From the IMG/VR virus record IMGVR_UViG_3300032373_001207, positions 1 through 51,874 of that record: 51,874 bases of DNA; one strand, given 5' to 3'. The stretch comes from a virus (lineage: Duplodnaviria > Caudoviricetes). The first letter of the stretch is position 1; every line of letters starts with the position of its first letter. The notes beneath the pieces were generated by a model. It ran no database searches, had not been told where the DNA came from, and worked only from the letters and a program-made list of their open reading frames with translations. Below are positions 1 to 8,715 of the stretch, piece after piece. Made by a program: the position numbers and the translations under genes.

Positions 1-101
1 CATCACCTCATTGTCTTGAGGGGTGTAAAACGAAAAAGCGGTCGGCCAATCGCGCGGGTAAGCAATCCAGAGAAGGGCGAGACGCCAAAAGCTAAGTTTT
101 T

Positions 102-731
102 TCATCCTTCAGTGCTCCCATGGGACCTGGGCGGACAACCCGCTTGACCGTTTTCTTCGTAGTCATGGAATGGGGTGCCCCCGGCGCTGTCCTGCACCTC
201 ACCGGGGGCTTGAGCACCACCGTGCGCGGTCGTCACCACGTCAGGATCGGGCTGGCTCAACTCGTTGTTTGTTTGGGCGGAGGGGACTGTGACTCGACTT
301 TTTAGGGTGCTGGCCCTACCATTCCCGCGCGGAACAGATAGCGCAGGGGGCATAGCGTGAACTTTCAGAGATTCATCAACCTTGATTTCGGCCAAGCTAA
401 CTGGTTGGTCTACACCCTTTGGAAATCGACGCATTTTGAAACCGGAGATATGGCCGGGGAACTTAGGTGTCTTTGGGCGTCGGCAAAGATGCACTCCAAA
501 AGCATCACACTTGATGATTTGAGCGATGACGCCCAGGAGCCGCTTGACTGGAATGTCTGCGTACTTTGGCCCATCGAGGTGAGTGGAACAGGCTTTCTTA
601 GCAAGGATAATGTCCAAGACATCGTGAACACCAAGCTTGGCGAGATGGCCGCCAATCCACCGAAAGGCTCCGAGGGCTTTGCAAATTTCGCGGGCGGTGC
701 TGTCTTTGGGCGTGATGGTGAGCGCGTTCAT
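102..731 (-). CDS. Hypothetical protein (uncertain; antisense to 357..764)
   Basis: ATGA overlap with the stop of 728..1048; composition not clearly protein-like. Confidence 0.35.
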   Translation of the reverse strand: MNALTITPKDSTAREICKALGAFRWIGGHLAKLGVHDVLDIILAKKACSTHLDGPKYADIPVKRLLGVIAQIIKCDAFGVHLCRRPKTPKFPGHISGFKMRRFPKGVDQPVSLAEIKVDESLKVHAMPPALSVPRGNGRASTLKSRVTVPSAQTNNELSQPDPDVVTTAHGGAQAPGEVQDSAGGTPFHDYEENGQAGCPPRSHGSTEG

Positions 732-764
732 GAGGTTGATTTCCCGTCCGGCGTGTTTAGCTGA
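357..764 (+). CDS. Hypothetical protein, possibly an antisense gene
   Basis: GTG start preceded by AGGGGG; globular-looking composition. Confidence 0.4.
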   Translation: MNFQRFINLDFGQANWLVYTLWKSTHFETGDMAGELRCLWASAKMHSKSITLDDLSDDAQEPLDWNVCVLWPIEVSGTGFLSKDNVQDIVNTKLGEMAANPPKGSEGFANFAGGAVFGRDGERVHEVDFPSGVFS

Positions 765-1048
765 TGGTCAGGTTTAAATCCGACTTTTTCTCCCGGCTTT
801 CCTTCTCCTTCGTATCGGATAATTTTGATGCCTAATTCTTCGTTGTATTCGGTGTTGATAGCGGACAAAAGTGCACTCAACGCCTCTTGTGGTGTATCGC
901 CGTAGTACGGGCCGCGGACTGTCTCAATCGCCCCGCACATCACATTAGCGATCCAAGTCACCTTGCCGTCGTTGCCAGCGTTGACGTGGTAAATTTCAAT
1001 GTGGTCTGGCGTTGTGACCCCTAAAACTGTTGCACCTTCTATCGTCAT
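728..1048 (-). CDS. Hypothetical phage protein
   Basis: ATGA-coupled within the leftward operon. Confidence 0.75.
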   Translation of the reverse strand: MTIEGATVLGVTTPDHIEIYHVNAGNDGKVTWIANVMCGAIETVRGPYYGDTPQEALSALLSAINTEYNEELGIKIIRYEGEGKPGEKVGFKPDHQLNTPDGKSTS

Positions 1049-1293
1049 GGCTTTTGCTCCGGGTTTTGTTGGGGCGTTGTCGGGCGGTCATATCCGGCGC
1101 ACCATCGCTGGGCTAGGGCGGGGCTTGAAAACGGCACATCCTGCGCCCCCATGCCGAGTTGCTTTGCATATCCCCCGGCCTGTTCCGCAAGTCTGCCAGC
1201 GTCGGAATTCCGGCCTTTACGCTTGGCGTCCATGCAATCGTCAACGGTCTGTTGGTACTGCGCGGGGGAAATATTTGTTTGTGCAGAGGTCAT
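1045..1293 (-). CDS. Hypothetical phage protein
   Basis: Start reassigned to MTSAQT just after the upstream stop; ATGA overlap downstream. Confidence 0.7.
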   Translation of the reverse strand: MTSAQTNISPAQYQQTVDDCMDAKRKGRNSDAGRLAEQAGGYAKQLGMGAQDVPFSSPALAQRWCAGYDRPTTPQQNPEQKP

Positions 1294-1294
1294 G

Positions 1295-1492
1295 TCACTT
1301 CCCTTCGAAGTCGTTTTGACAGTCGGCGCAGCGTTGCGCGTTTGGGCTGGCTGCTTTGCGGGCTTCTGGGATGGGGTCATCGCAGTCAATGCAGTCATCA
1401 CTGCCAGGAAGGCCTGAGGGGGCTTGGCGCATGGCTAGGGCCTTACTCACATATCCCTGGGCGAGTTCTTGGGCGCGGTCACCGTCATCCAT
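1295..1492 (-). CDS. TraR/DksA C4-type zinc finger protein
   Basis: MDDGDRAQ N-terminus; CIDCDDPIPEARKAA...RCADCQ. Confidence 0.9.
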   Translation of the reverse strand: MDDGDRAQELAQGYVSKALAMRQAPSGLPGSDDCIDCDDPIPEARKAASPNAQRCADCQNDFEGK

Positions 1493-1853
1493 GAGCGGCC
1501 TCATTCATTTCAGAGACCGCTATATCTAGATCACCAAGAGCCTCAGCGCTCACAATGGCGTAGCCCTTTTTTGGGTTTTCCCTGAGGATGTTCCTGAGTA
1601 GGTTCTGGGCTGCTTGGCCCACGCTTGTGAAGGTATCTACGGTGTTATCTACCTCCACCAAGGTGATGTTGCGGGAGCCCGTGTCGCCACGCTTTAGGTG
1701 TCCCTGTTTTTCAAGCCGCTCAATCATGTCGACCGTACCGCCGACACTCTTTGACCCAGATAGGGTCATGATTTCGCGCACAGTCGGCGCGTAACCATGG
1801 TCCGCGGTGTAGTCACGGATAATGGCAATGAGCTGTTGTTGTTTGGGCGTCAT
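1485..1853 (-). CDS. LexA-like DNA-binding-domain protein without peptidase domain
   Basis: MTPKQQQLIAIIRDY...GYAPTVREI...LEKQGHLKR resembles the LexA N-terminal winged helix. Confidence 0.85.
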   Translation of the reverse strand: MTPKQQQLIAIIRDYTADHGYAPTVREIMTLSGSKSVGGTVDMIERLEKQGHLKRGDTGSRNITLVEVDNTVDTFTSVGQAAQNLLRNILRENPKKGYAIVSAEALGDLDIAVSEMNEAAHG

Positions 1854-1857
1854 GGCC

Positions 1858-3003
1858 TTACTCCTGATCCTTGGGTTGGTTCAGTTCTGCATCACGCGCG
1901 TTGACGCGGTTGATGATGTCTTGATGCTGTTCGGGGAGCGCGGCTTTGAGGTCTTCCAGTTCGGCCTTCTTGTTGGCCATCCATTTATTGAGAGAAGCCT
2001 TGTCCGGCATGGTGTTGATGTTTGAAGATGCGTTATCGCACCACGCTTCCCATCCACCATCAGGCTCATTGGGGGCTTGTGTCGGCGCGTCCTCTTTGGC
2101 GCTCAGGTTCGCGCATGCATCGTTGAAGGCGCGGGCGATGTCCTTGCGTTCATCAGAGCGCGTGCCAAGACCTTCTTGAACATCAACGTTGTGATCCATG
2201 AAGGCGTCGAGCATGTCCCTTGTGGAAAGGGCTTCGACCTTCTTGACGGTTTCCTTCACATAGTTAGGCTTGGAAAACTCGCCCATGGATTCACCGAATT
2301 CGTCGATGAGGGGGAGCAGTTCGACCGTGTCGGTGGTGGGTTGTTGTTCGAAGTCGGTGAGCTGCGGCCGTGGTGGGGCGTCTGCCGGACGAGGGGTGAT
2401 GTCAATCATGCCCTGGGCTTCGTCTTCGTCGTAAATTCCGGAGAAGCCGAAGGCAAGGCGAGCCCCCTGGATCAGGGTCTTGTGGCGCAAGAACCGCTTG
2501 GTATGTGTCTGCCATGGGCCTTTCATGCCTGCCTTGAATGGCTTGCGGTAAACTTCGTCCAGGTACTCGCGGACAACGGTTGGGTGCTCACGGTCCTTGC
2601 GGTAAATCACCACCTCACACCACTTGGGGCATTCCTGTCCGTCTGCGGGGGTCGTGAGCTCATCGGCGTAGCGGAACTCAAAACCGTTCAGCGCTTTGTG
2701 GTCATTGATGATCCGGCTCCAGCCGTCGACGCCAACCACGGGTACGATGCCGTTCTGCTTGTCGGGGAAGGCGAATATTTCCTTGGTGAACGGGTTCAAT
2801 CCGTATTGATCCGCGACGATCAGCAGCGCCATCATTTCCTCATCGGTCGCCGGACGATCTTTGGCCTTGAAGCACGTTGCTTTCAGCGTGCCCATGAGCT
2901 TGCTGGCGTCGACGCTGTATCTGTCCGCGAACTTTTCCAATAGCTTGCGCTTCGGGCGGTCTTGCGTGACCGGCAGGGGCGCGACGTTAGTTTCCTGTGT
3001 CAT
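1858..3003 (-). CDS. bet: Single-strand annealing recombinase, Bet/RecT family
   Basis: LIVADQYGLNPFTKEIFAFPDK.NGIVPVVGVDGWSRIIN...GPWQTHTKRFLRHKTLIQGARLAFGFSGIYDEDEA. Confidence 0.93.
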   Translation of the reverse strand: MTQETNVAPLPVTQDRPKRKLLEKFADRYSVDASKLMGTLKATCFKAKDRPATDEEMMALLIVADQYGLNPFTKEIFAFPDKQNGIVPVVGVDGWSRIINDHKALNGFEFRYADELTTPADGQECPKWCEVVIYRKDREHPTVVREYLDEVYRKPFKAGMKGPWQTHTKRFLRHKTLIQGARLAFGFSGIYDEDEAQGMIDITPRPADAPPRPQLTDFEQQPTTDTVELLPLIDEFGESMGEFSKPNYVKETVKKVEALSTRDMLDAFMDHNVDVQEGLGTRSDERKDIARAFNDACANLSAKEDAPTQAPNEPDGGWEAWCDNASSNINTMPDKASLNKWMANKKAELEDLKAALPEQHQDIINRVNARDAELNQPKDQE

Positions 3004-3123
3004 GGTCTTTCCTCAGTCAATCATCTGGGCGGCTTGCCCTATCTACCTCAGAGGCTCCGCCACCCTTTCGGGCCGGAGCATGAGGGAGGGCATGACCCTC
3101 AATTTGTCTGGCGAGGCCAGTGG

Positions 3124-3324
3124 TTAGCCGACGGCGTGCAAGGGCGTCTGGTTTGAAATGTGCCGGGCTAGGATCGCTTGTGCCGTTGAGTGCGTGAGGC
3201 TGACGGCGGTGACATTTTGTTTAAGAACGTCGAGAAACGGCTTTTCGGTGCTGTCAACAAACGTGTTTCCGGTTCCGTGCCATTCGGCGATAACGGCGAT
3301 TTCTTCTGGGGTGCGATCAGTCAT
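3124..3324 (-). CDS. Hypothetical protein
   Basis: AGGAG RBS before MTDRTPEE. Confidence 0.6.
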   Translation of the reverse strand: MTDRTPEEIAVIAEWHGTGNTFVDSTEKPFLDVLKQNVTAVSLTHSTAQAILARHISNQTPLHAVG

Positions 3325-3432
3325 GTAACTTTTGCTCCTATCTCGGGTTAATGAACTCCAAATTGGATACCCCTTAAGCCGGGCCACCTTTCGGCTCCCG
3401 GCTTGGGGGCTACATCGCTATGTGCGCAGTTG

Positions 3433-4026
3433 TTAACGGGATGGCAGAGATGTCGCCGTTACCGGAGCAACTAGATTTTTAGCAATGAAGTTTCCAATTG
3501 CTGCGGAAACTTGTTTCTCGGCTTCCTGCCTTACCTTGGTAATCTCGCCCTTTGCTGCCGCGATTACTGGCTCTACGCCTTCTTTGTGTATTAGCCATGC
3601 AAGTCGCGTTTGTTTGCCATAGCTGGTGTCCAATCGACCATCGTTGTTTACCTTGTCGTTCAACGACTTGGAAAACTGCGCGGCGATGTGTTCACGCATG
3701 GTCGTGGTTTTGCCGTTTGGTTCGCCCCAGCTATTGGTAATTTTGAGTTCTTTGGCGATAGCCTCATCAAGCAGGGCATTAACGCGGTCTGAGATGCTTG
3801 TTTTCACCGTATCTGTGATCAGCGTTTTGACGGCTTCATCAATGCGTTTTGAAATGCCTTCAGCATCTATTTTCTTGTCGGCAAGGAGGCGGTTTGCAAC
3901 AATGCTTGGCAGGCTGCTCAGGCTGTAATTGTCCAGTTTTATGGTGACCAAGAGGTCGCCATTGGGTTTTGTCTCGTAGCTTTCTTCATAGTCGTCATCA
4001 TCTTCATCAAACATTTTTATCTCCAT
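3433..4026 (-). CDS. Hypothetical phage protein
   Basis: Long ORF in operon orientation; start uncertain. Confidence 0.75.
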   Translation of the reverse strand: MEIKMFDEDDDDYEESYETKPNGDLLVTIKLDNYSLSSLPSIVANRLLADKKIDAEGISKRIDEAVKTLITDTVKTSISDRVNALLDEAIAKELKITNSWGEPNGKTTTMREHIAAQFSKSLNDKVNNDGRLDTSYGKQTRLAWLIHKEGVEPVIAAAKGEITKVRQEAEKQVSAAIGNFIAKNLVAPVTATSLPSR

Positions 4027-4050
4027 GATTTAGGGGTGGTGTAATAATAT

Positions 4051-4827
4051 TTATGCGGCGGCGACCTTGTTCACTACGAACAGCACGCCTGGAATTGGTT
4101 TCTTTTCGGCAGATGTCGCGCCGGCGTTCGCCAATTGAAGAATCAACTCCTTGACCTTGTGGTGGTCTTTGAAGTTGGCCAGGGCCAAGTCGTAATCGGT
4201 GATTTCTGCATGCCATTGAGAACGCAGGGATGATGTGCGGGGCGCATAGTTGCCCTTTACGCCCACGGTGCTTTGAGTGACCCTGTGGGCAACTTCAACG
4301 GCTTCTTCAGCGGCCTTGCGTGCATCTTCGGCTTGCAATGTGGTGCCGACGATATCGACGGGGGCCTCGCTTGTTGCCTGTGCCGCCGCTGCGTCTTCAG
4401 CGGCCTTGCGTGCATCTTCGGCTTCCTGAAGCTTGCGCATGGCCTCTTCGTTGGCAACGCGCTCGGCTTCCAGACGCTCGTCTTCCAGCTTTTTAAGCCA
4501 TGCTGTACGCAAGGGGGTGAACAGGTCCTGGATGGTCTGGAGCTGGGCCTTGATGGGGTTGTAGGTTTGATCAATGGCCTTATTGGCATCGAGGTGAGGG
4601 CGCTTTGCGGACGTCCTGACGCTCTCCACCTCTTTGAGCTCGGCCTTTATGAGTTCTTTGAGGTCATCAGCTTTTTCGGCCTGCTCCGGCGTTGTGATTT
4701 TATCAACCGTCGTGAGCCATGCGTTGCAGGTCGCGGCAAGTTGGTCGGCCCGGTCTTGCATGGCGACCGAAGCGTCTGGTTGATTGTGGCCAAGGCCTGC
4801 GGTCTCTGTGGGGGTGTCGGTGGTCAT
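4051..4827 (-). CDS. Coiled-coil phage protein of the recombination region (GHNQP motif)
   Basis: AGGAG RBS before MTTDTP; helical; ends KPIPGVLFV. Confidence 0.8.
   Translation of the reverse strand: MTTDTPTETAGLGHNQPDASVAMQDRADQLAATCNAWLTTVDKITTPEQAEKADDLKELIKAELKEVESVRTSAKRPHLDANKAIDQTYNPIKAQLQTIQDLFTPLRTAWLKKLEDERLEAERVANEEAMRKLQEAEDARKAAEDAAAAQATSEAPVDIVGTTLQAEDARKAAEEAVEVAHRVTQSTVGVKGNYAPRTSSLRSQWHAEITDYDLALANFKDHHKVKELILQLANAGATSAEKKPIPGVLFVVNKVAAA
4304..4424. repeat. 31-bp perfect direct repeat (4304-4334, 4394-4424), intragenic
   Basis: TCTTCAGCGGCCTTGCGTGCATCTTCGGCTT twice, encoding AEDARKAAE. Confidence 0.9.
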
Positions 4828-4837
4828 GGGGATTCTC

Positions 4838-5983
4838 CTACGTGGGCATGAGGTTTGAAATAGGGATATTGCGGATGTCGGTGGTCGGACGCGCGGTCGG
4901 TTGCTGCGCGCTCTTGGGGGTCGTGGTGACGGCGCGGTAGGGATTGGCTTCGGGAGAGTCTGGGGCGTACTGCGCAGCCCATGCCCGGTCAGCAATGAGG
5001 TAATTGTACGTGTTGCTGGCAATTGGCTCGAAGCGTGCCACCCAGATACGGAGCATGTCAGCGGCTTCGCCGTTCACCAAGACATCGCCTTTATCATTGA
5101 TCAAAACACCAACAACCGGCGCACCCTTGGCAAGACTGGCCTGATAAAATCCAGGCTCTGGTTGCTTAACCGTAAGGAATTCCGCCACAGCCTTTAGATC
5201 AGGTTCATATGCTTTGAAGGCATCAAGAGGCACGGTCACCGGAACGTCGGTGCGCAGTGTCACCAGTTCCTTTGAAAGTCTGGCGTTGTCGGCGAACTGA
5301 AGCAGATTTTGTCGGCGCGCGGGCTGATTTATGTTCGCCGCGTTGGACAAAACACCTTCCAGGTCTTCGTATTTGTTGATCAACATCGCGGCAATAGTGA
5401 GCCCAATGCCTTCAATACCGGGGACATTGTCGGCGGTATCTCCAGCCAGTGCCTGTACGTCAATAACGAGGTCCGGCCCGACGCCGAATTTTTCCAGCAC
5501 TTCGGCGGGGCCAACGGTGAGGCTTTTCATTGGGTCAAAGATGGTGACGCCTTCGGTCACCAACTGCATCAAGTCCTTATCGCTTGAAACAATCGTCACT
5601 TCGGCCCCGGCCTCGCGCGCTTGGCGGGCATAGGTGGCAATCAGGTCATCGGCCTCATAGCCTTCCATGCTTACGGAGGAAAGCCCCATGATCAATGTAG
5701 CTTCGCGTACCAGAGTAAGCTGAGAGGTCAAATCCGCAGGCGACGGCGGGCGGTTGGCTTTGTAGGCTGGGTAAATGTCATTGCGAAACGTCTTGCGGGC
5801 ATGATCGAAAACGACGGCGACGGCGGCATCCGTGTTTTCCAGTAGCTTTATGAGCATGGAGGTGAAGCCGTACACCGCGCCAAACGGCGTCCCATCAGGG
5901 CGCGTCAATGGAGGGTACGCATGATAGGCCCGGTAGATAAAGCCGGATGCGTCAATGAGCATGATGCGGCGAGACTCGGTCAT
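4838..5983 (-). CDS. DNA polymerase I-type 5'-3' exonuclease/flap endonuclease fused to a C-terminal phage domain
   Basis: LIDASGFIYRAYHA, TFRNDIYPAYKANR, EGYEADDLIAT, SSDKDLMQL, LAGDTADNVPGIEGIG; no polymerase domain; ATGA coupling. Confidence 0.92.
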   Translation of the reverse strand: MTESRRIMLIDASGFIYRAYHAYPPLTRPDGTPFGAVYGFTSMLIKLLENTDAAVAVVFDHARKTFRNDIYPAYKANRPPSPADLTSQLTLVREATLIMGLSSVSMEGYEADDLIATYARQAREAGAEVTIVSSDKDLMQLVTEGVTIFDPMKSLTVGPAEVLEKFGVGPDLVIDVQALAGDTADNVPGIEGIGLTIAAMLINKYEDLEGVLSNAANINQPARRQNLLQFADNARLSKELVTLRTDVPVTVPLDAFKAYEPDLKAVAEFLTVKQPEPGFYQASLAKGAPVVGVLINDKGDVLVNGEAADMLRIWVARFEPIASNTYNYLIADRAWAAQYAPDSPEANPYRAVTTTPKSAQQPTARPTTDIRNIPISNLMPT

Positions 5984-6816
5984 GACGCACCCCATGGGAA
6001 CTGAGTCCAGCGTTGGCCATCCAGTTCAGGCGTTTCGATCACGCCCTTGCGACCTGTGCCGCCGGGGATTTGCTTGAGGAAGAAAGGCACGTCGAATTCG
6101 GTGCATTGATCGCGCAGGCTACGCGCCCAATCTTCATTGAATGGGCGACGGCTTGGGCCACTTTCTGCCCCGCAAATCACCCAATCAAGTCGCGGGCCGC
6201 TCCAGCCGCCGCACTTGGTCGCGCGAAACCCATCCAGGGCGTTGTCGCAATATGTCCAGTCGTCGCGCTCTCGCATGATTTTGCGCAAGTCTACAGGCCC
6301 AAGTTGCGGCTCAACCGACAAGCCACGCACGGCTGCGGGAGTGTCGAGAAGCTTCGGAACGTCCCTGTTAGCCTCTTCTTGGTTAACCACTGTAATCAAC
6401 AGCCACACGTTGGGGTATCCATCGCCCCAGTCGGCAGGAAGCATCTTTCTCGCGTTGCCTATACGCTTGGTGGCGAATATCCAAATCAGGTGCGGCGTGG
6501 CTTTAACCAATGCCCAAAGATCGTCGCGCCACTCTTGCGGCACCTCATTGTCGAACGGATCGCAAAGGCTACCGCCAAAGATGCGTGGCTGCGTTCCGGC
6601 CGCCAGGGCTTCCCGGTTCCATCGGATCGGCTTCTTCCAGTTGGCTTCACTGGTGCGCTTGCGAGGTTTTCCAGGACCCCAGCCTTCCGCTGTCCAGTGC
6701 CAATGGCGGTCTTGCTCGTCGGCATAGCAGTTGTCGCAGCCAGGACTCACTTTGGTGCAGCCGATCCAGGCGTTGAAGGTGTGGTCACACCATGCGATTT
6801 TGCTGTTCTCAGCCAT
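5980..6816 (-). CDS. Phage Gp37/Gp68 family (DUF5131) protein
   Basis: SKIAWCDHTFNAWIGCTKVSPGCDNCYA; SVEPQLG; DWVICGAESG; PFFLKQ. Confidence 0.92.
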   Translation of the reverse strand: MAENSKIAWCDHTFNAWIGCTKVSPGCDNCYADEQDRHWHWTAEGWGPGKPRKRTSEANWKKPIRWNREALAAGTQPRIFGGSLCDPFDNEVPQEWRDDLWALVKATPHLIWIFATKRIGNARKMLPADWGDGYPNVWLLITVVNQEEANRDVPKLLDTPAAVRGLSVEPQLGPVDLRKIMRERDDWTYCDNALDGFRATKCGGWSGPRLDWVICGAESGPSRRPFNEDWARSLRDQCTEFDVPFFLKQIPGGTGRKGVIETPELDGQRWTQFPWGAS

Positions 6817-7174
6817 GGGGCGTCTCTCCTATGCCAGTCTCGAAGAAGCTGAGTTTCCCTTTCATGGTGACGAACGGCAGGGGCTTAGCGTTGGCCAGGA
6901 TCCAGCCGTAGTGTCCGAGCATGTACCAGCCAGACTGAGCAGGCTTGATGCAGTCGGTGATTTCGACCTGCCCCACGATGCCGCCCGTTTCAAAGGTGTC
7001 GGGAAGATCGTGGTCGTAGGCTTTGAGGGCTTCTACGGCAGCCCTGTCCACCTTCTGTCCTGTGTGGATCAGCACCGGGCCGCGATAGTTCGTCCGCCAT
7101 GTGCGGTTCTCGATGTCCTTACCCAGGTGCAGGATGGCGTAGGCCCATGGCTGTTTGATGCTGATCGCTTTCAT
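6809..7174 (-). CDS. ASCH domain protein
   Basis: MKAISIKQPWAYAILHLGKDIENRTWRTNYRGPVLIH. Confidence 0.92.
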   Translation of the reverse strand: MKAISIKQPWAYAILHLGKDIENRTWRTNYRGPVLIHTGQKVDRAAVEALKAYDHDLPDTFETGGIVGQVEITDCIKPAQSGWYMLGHYGWILANAKPLPFVTMKGKLSFFETGIGETPHG

Positions 7175-7434
7175 TAGATCAACCCCAACTGCTTATTGTT
7201 GTCATTGGTGGAGCTGGCGATGTCGCGGCCCCACATCCATTTGATGTAGAGTTCCAGGCGGTCAGCTATGGCCTGGGGGCAATCGGCAACGTCCAGGCCG
7301 AGGACGCCAGCGTCGACACCGGCCGACATGGCCAGGGTCAGGGCCTGAACCGGGTTTCCACGGTTGTGGGCGTCCAGGCATTCCTTAACGGCGCGGTCAT
7401 GCAGGGCCGGGTCTATGTGGAGTAGGGAGCTCAT
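7174..7434 (-). CDS. Hypothetical protein
   Basis: Coupled to both neighbours. Confidence 0.7.
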   Translation of the reverse strand: MSSLLHIDPALHDRAVKECLDAHNRGNPVQALTLAMSAGVDAGVLGLDVADCPQAIADRLELYIKWMWGRDIASSTNDNNKQLGLI

Positions 7435-7988
7435 TGTGCTTCCCCTTTGGCCTTGGCGATGGCAGGAAGAAGGATGCTTTCGATATATTCAAACGCCTTT
7501 TCCCAGCCATAATCAGCGGCGTCGTACCGATCCGTTATGTCTCTATCTTCAAGACCGCAGTGGAGGCCAAGGTAGTAATCGCCGCCAGGGTTCTCTGCGG
7601 CCTCTTCTGCCGCCCCCAGCAGTTCGTCGTGGCAGTTCCAAGTGTGGACAATGCGGGCGGCGTTGGCTTGAGAGTTGACGCGCACACCCTCAGCCACAAC
7701 CTCAAAAACCTCGGCTACGCAAAGCGGGGAACCATCTATGTCAGCTAAAATCGCATAATCGTATCCGCCGTCGCTTGGCTGGGATGCGCGTTTTGTTACC
7801 AACATCCCCGGCGTGTGTTCTTGTTTCCCGGTTCCATGACAGGCAGCGCATTGCTCTTGTCCTTCGCCCTGCCCAGCAACAGGTTGATTACAGCATTCCC
7901 CCGTTTCGGTAGGGCATTGGCAACACTCTGCAACCGTTACCGGAATCGTATACCAACCCGCGCCGTGGCACTGTTCGCAATCACTCAT
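7431..7988 (-). CDS. Hypothetical protein with N-terminal CxxCxGxG zinc finger
   Basis: CEQCHGAG...CAACHGTG; C-terminal AIAKAKGE typical of phage early genes. Confidence 0.75.
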   Translation of the reverse strand: MSDCEQCHGAGWYTIPVTVAECCQCPTETGECCNQPVAGQGEGQEQCAACHGTGKQEHTPGMLVTKRASQPSDGGYDYAILADIDGSPLCVAEVFEVVAEGVRVNSQANAARIVHTWNCHDELLGAAEEAAENPGGDYYLGLHCGLEDRDITDRYDAADYGWEKAFEYIESILLPAIAKAKGEAQ

Positions 7989-8173
7989 GACACCACCCCC
8001 GACTGGTATAGGACGTAGGCGGAAGCGGCGATTAGCACGCCTGCGAAAGCGATCAGAAACACCATGACGCCGCCGATCCAGAGAAGCGCGCGGCCTATAC
8101 GTTCACCCGTCGTGGTGTGATGGGAAAGCGGGTCAATCTGCGTGAAACGTCTGCTGTCGATAAGGTCCATCAT
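7985..8173 (-). CDS. Small membrane protein
   Basis: One long hydrophobic segment; ATGA coupling. Confidence 0.65.
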   Translation of the reverse strand: MMDLIDSRRFTQIDPLSHHTTTGERIGRALLWIGGVMVFLIAFAGVLIAASAYVLYQSGVVS

Positions 8174-8176
8174 GGC

Positions 8177-8497
8177 TTAGGCCCCCACAGCTAGACGGGG
8201 CAGGTCGATAGAGGCGAGGGCGGTATCATGGCCAGCGCCATCCGTCAGGTGGTGTTTAACCGCAGCTTCCAAGATCAGGTCATAGGCAGAAGTCGCAGGG
8301 ACATAGCCTTGCTCGGTCTTTGTCTTGGTTTCGTCCGTCCAGTCGGTGAACTTGAACTCGATGTCATGAACGTCGGTGATGAAGGCGTGATCGCCGCGCG
8401 TCCCGACGATCAGCACGCACCGCATATCAATCTCAGCGACTGACTTGCCAGCAATGCGCAGGTCGTAGGTGAACTCGTAGGGGATGTTGGTCCGCAT
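8177..8497 (-). CDS. Hypothetical protein, first gene of the leftward operon
   Basis: GGAGG RBS before MRTNIPYEF; the longer listed start lies inside the operator region. Confidence 0.75.
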   Translation of the reverse strand: MRTNIPYEFTYDLRIAGKSVAEIDMRCVLIVGTRGDHAFITDVHDIEFKFTDWTDETKTKTEQGYVPATSAYDLILEAAVKHHLTDGAGHDTALASIDLPRLAVGA

Positions 8498-8528
8498 GAC
8501 TGTTGCCTCCATCAGTGGTGATGAAGAA

Positions 8529-8581
8529 AGTGTGCAATATATGCACATAGCGGTCAAGCCTTAATTGTGCATTATTTGCAC
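8529..8581 (-). promoter_or_regulatory. Leftward early promoter with two operators (PL/OL-like)
   Basis: Minus strand TTGACC-17-CACACT; GTGCA-ATATA-TGCAC 8532-8546 and GTGCA-TTATT-TGCAC 8567-8581. Confidence 0.8.
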
Positions 8582-8715
8582 TTAATGAAAAATATCAAGC
8601 CGCGTATGCTTTTACGGGTGTTTTGTTAGGGAATATTCGGGATAGGGGCTGAAACCACGTTATAGGTACACGTCCCCCATTATCCGCACATGACGCACTT
8701 TGCAAAGCGTCGTTC

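Noticed and set aside
1-101. Integrase or att site at the left edge
   Set aside because: Only a minus-strand start codon with GAGGTG RBS is visible at 1-3; the gene lies outside the window
4828-5022. N-terminal extension of the 4051 ORF, or a frameshift fusion with the nuclease gene
   Set aside because: Clear AGGAG RBS at the 4827 start; no slippery site seen
2077-6852. Long plus-strand ORFs (2077..2943, 4273..4851, 6013..6852)
   Set aside because: Antisense shadows of well-supported minus-strand genes
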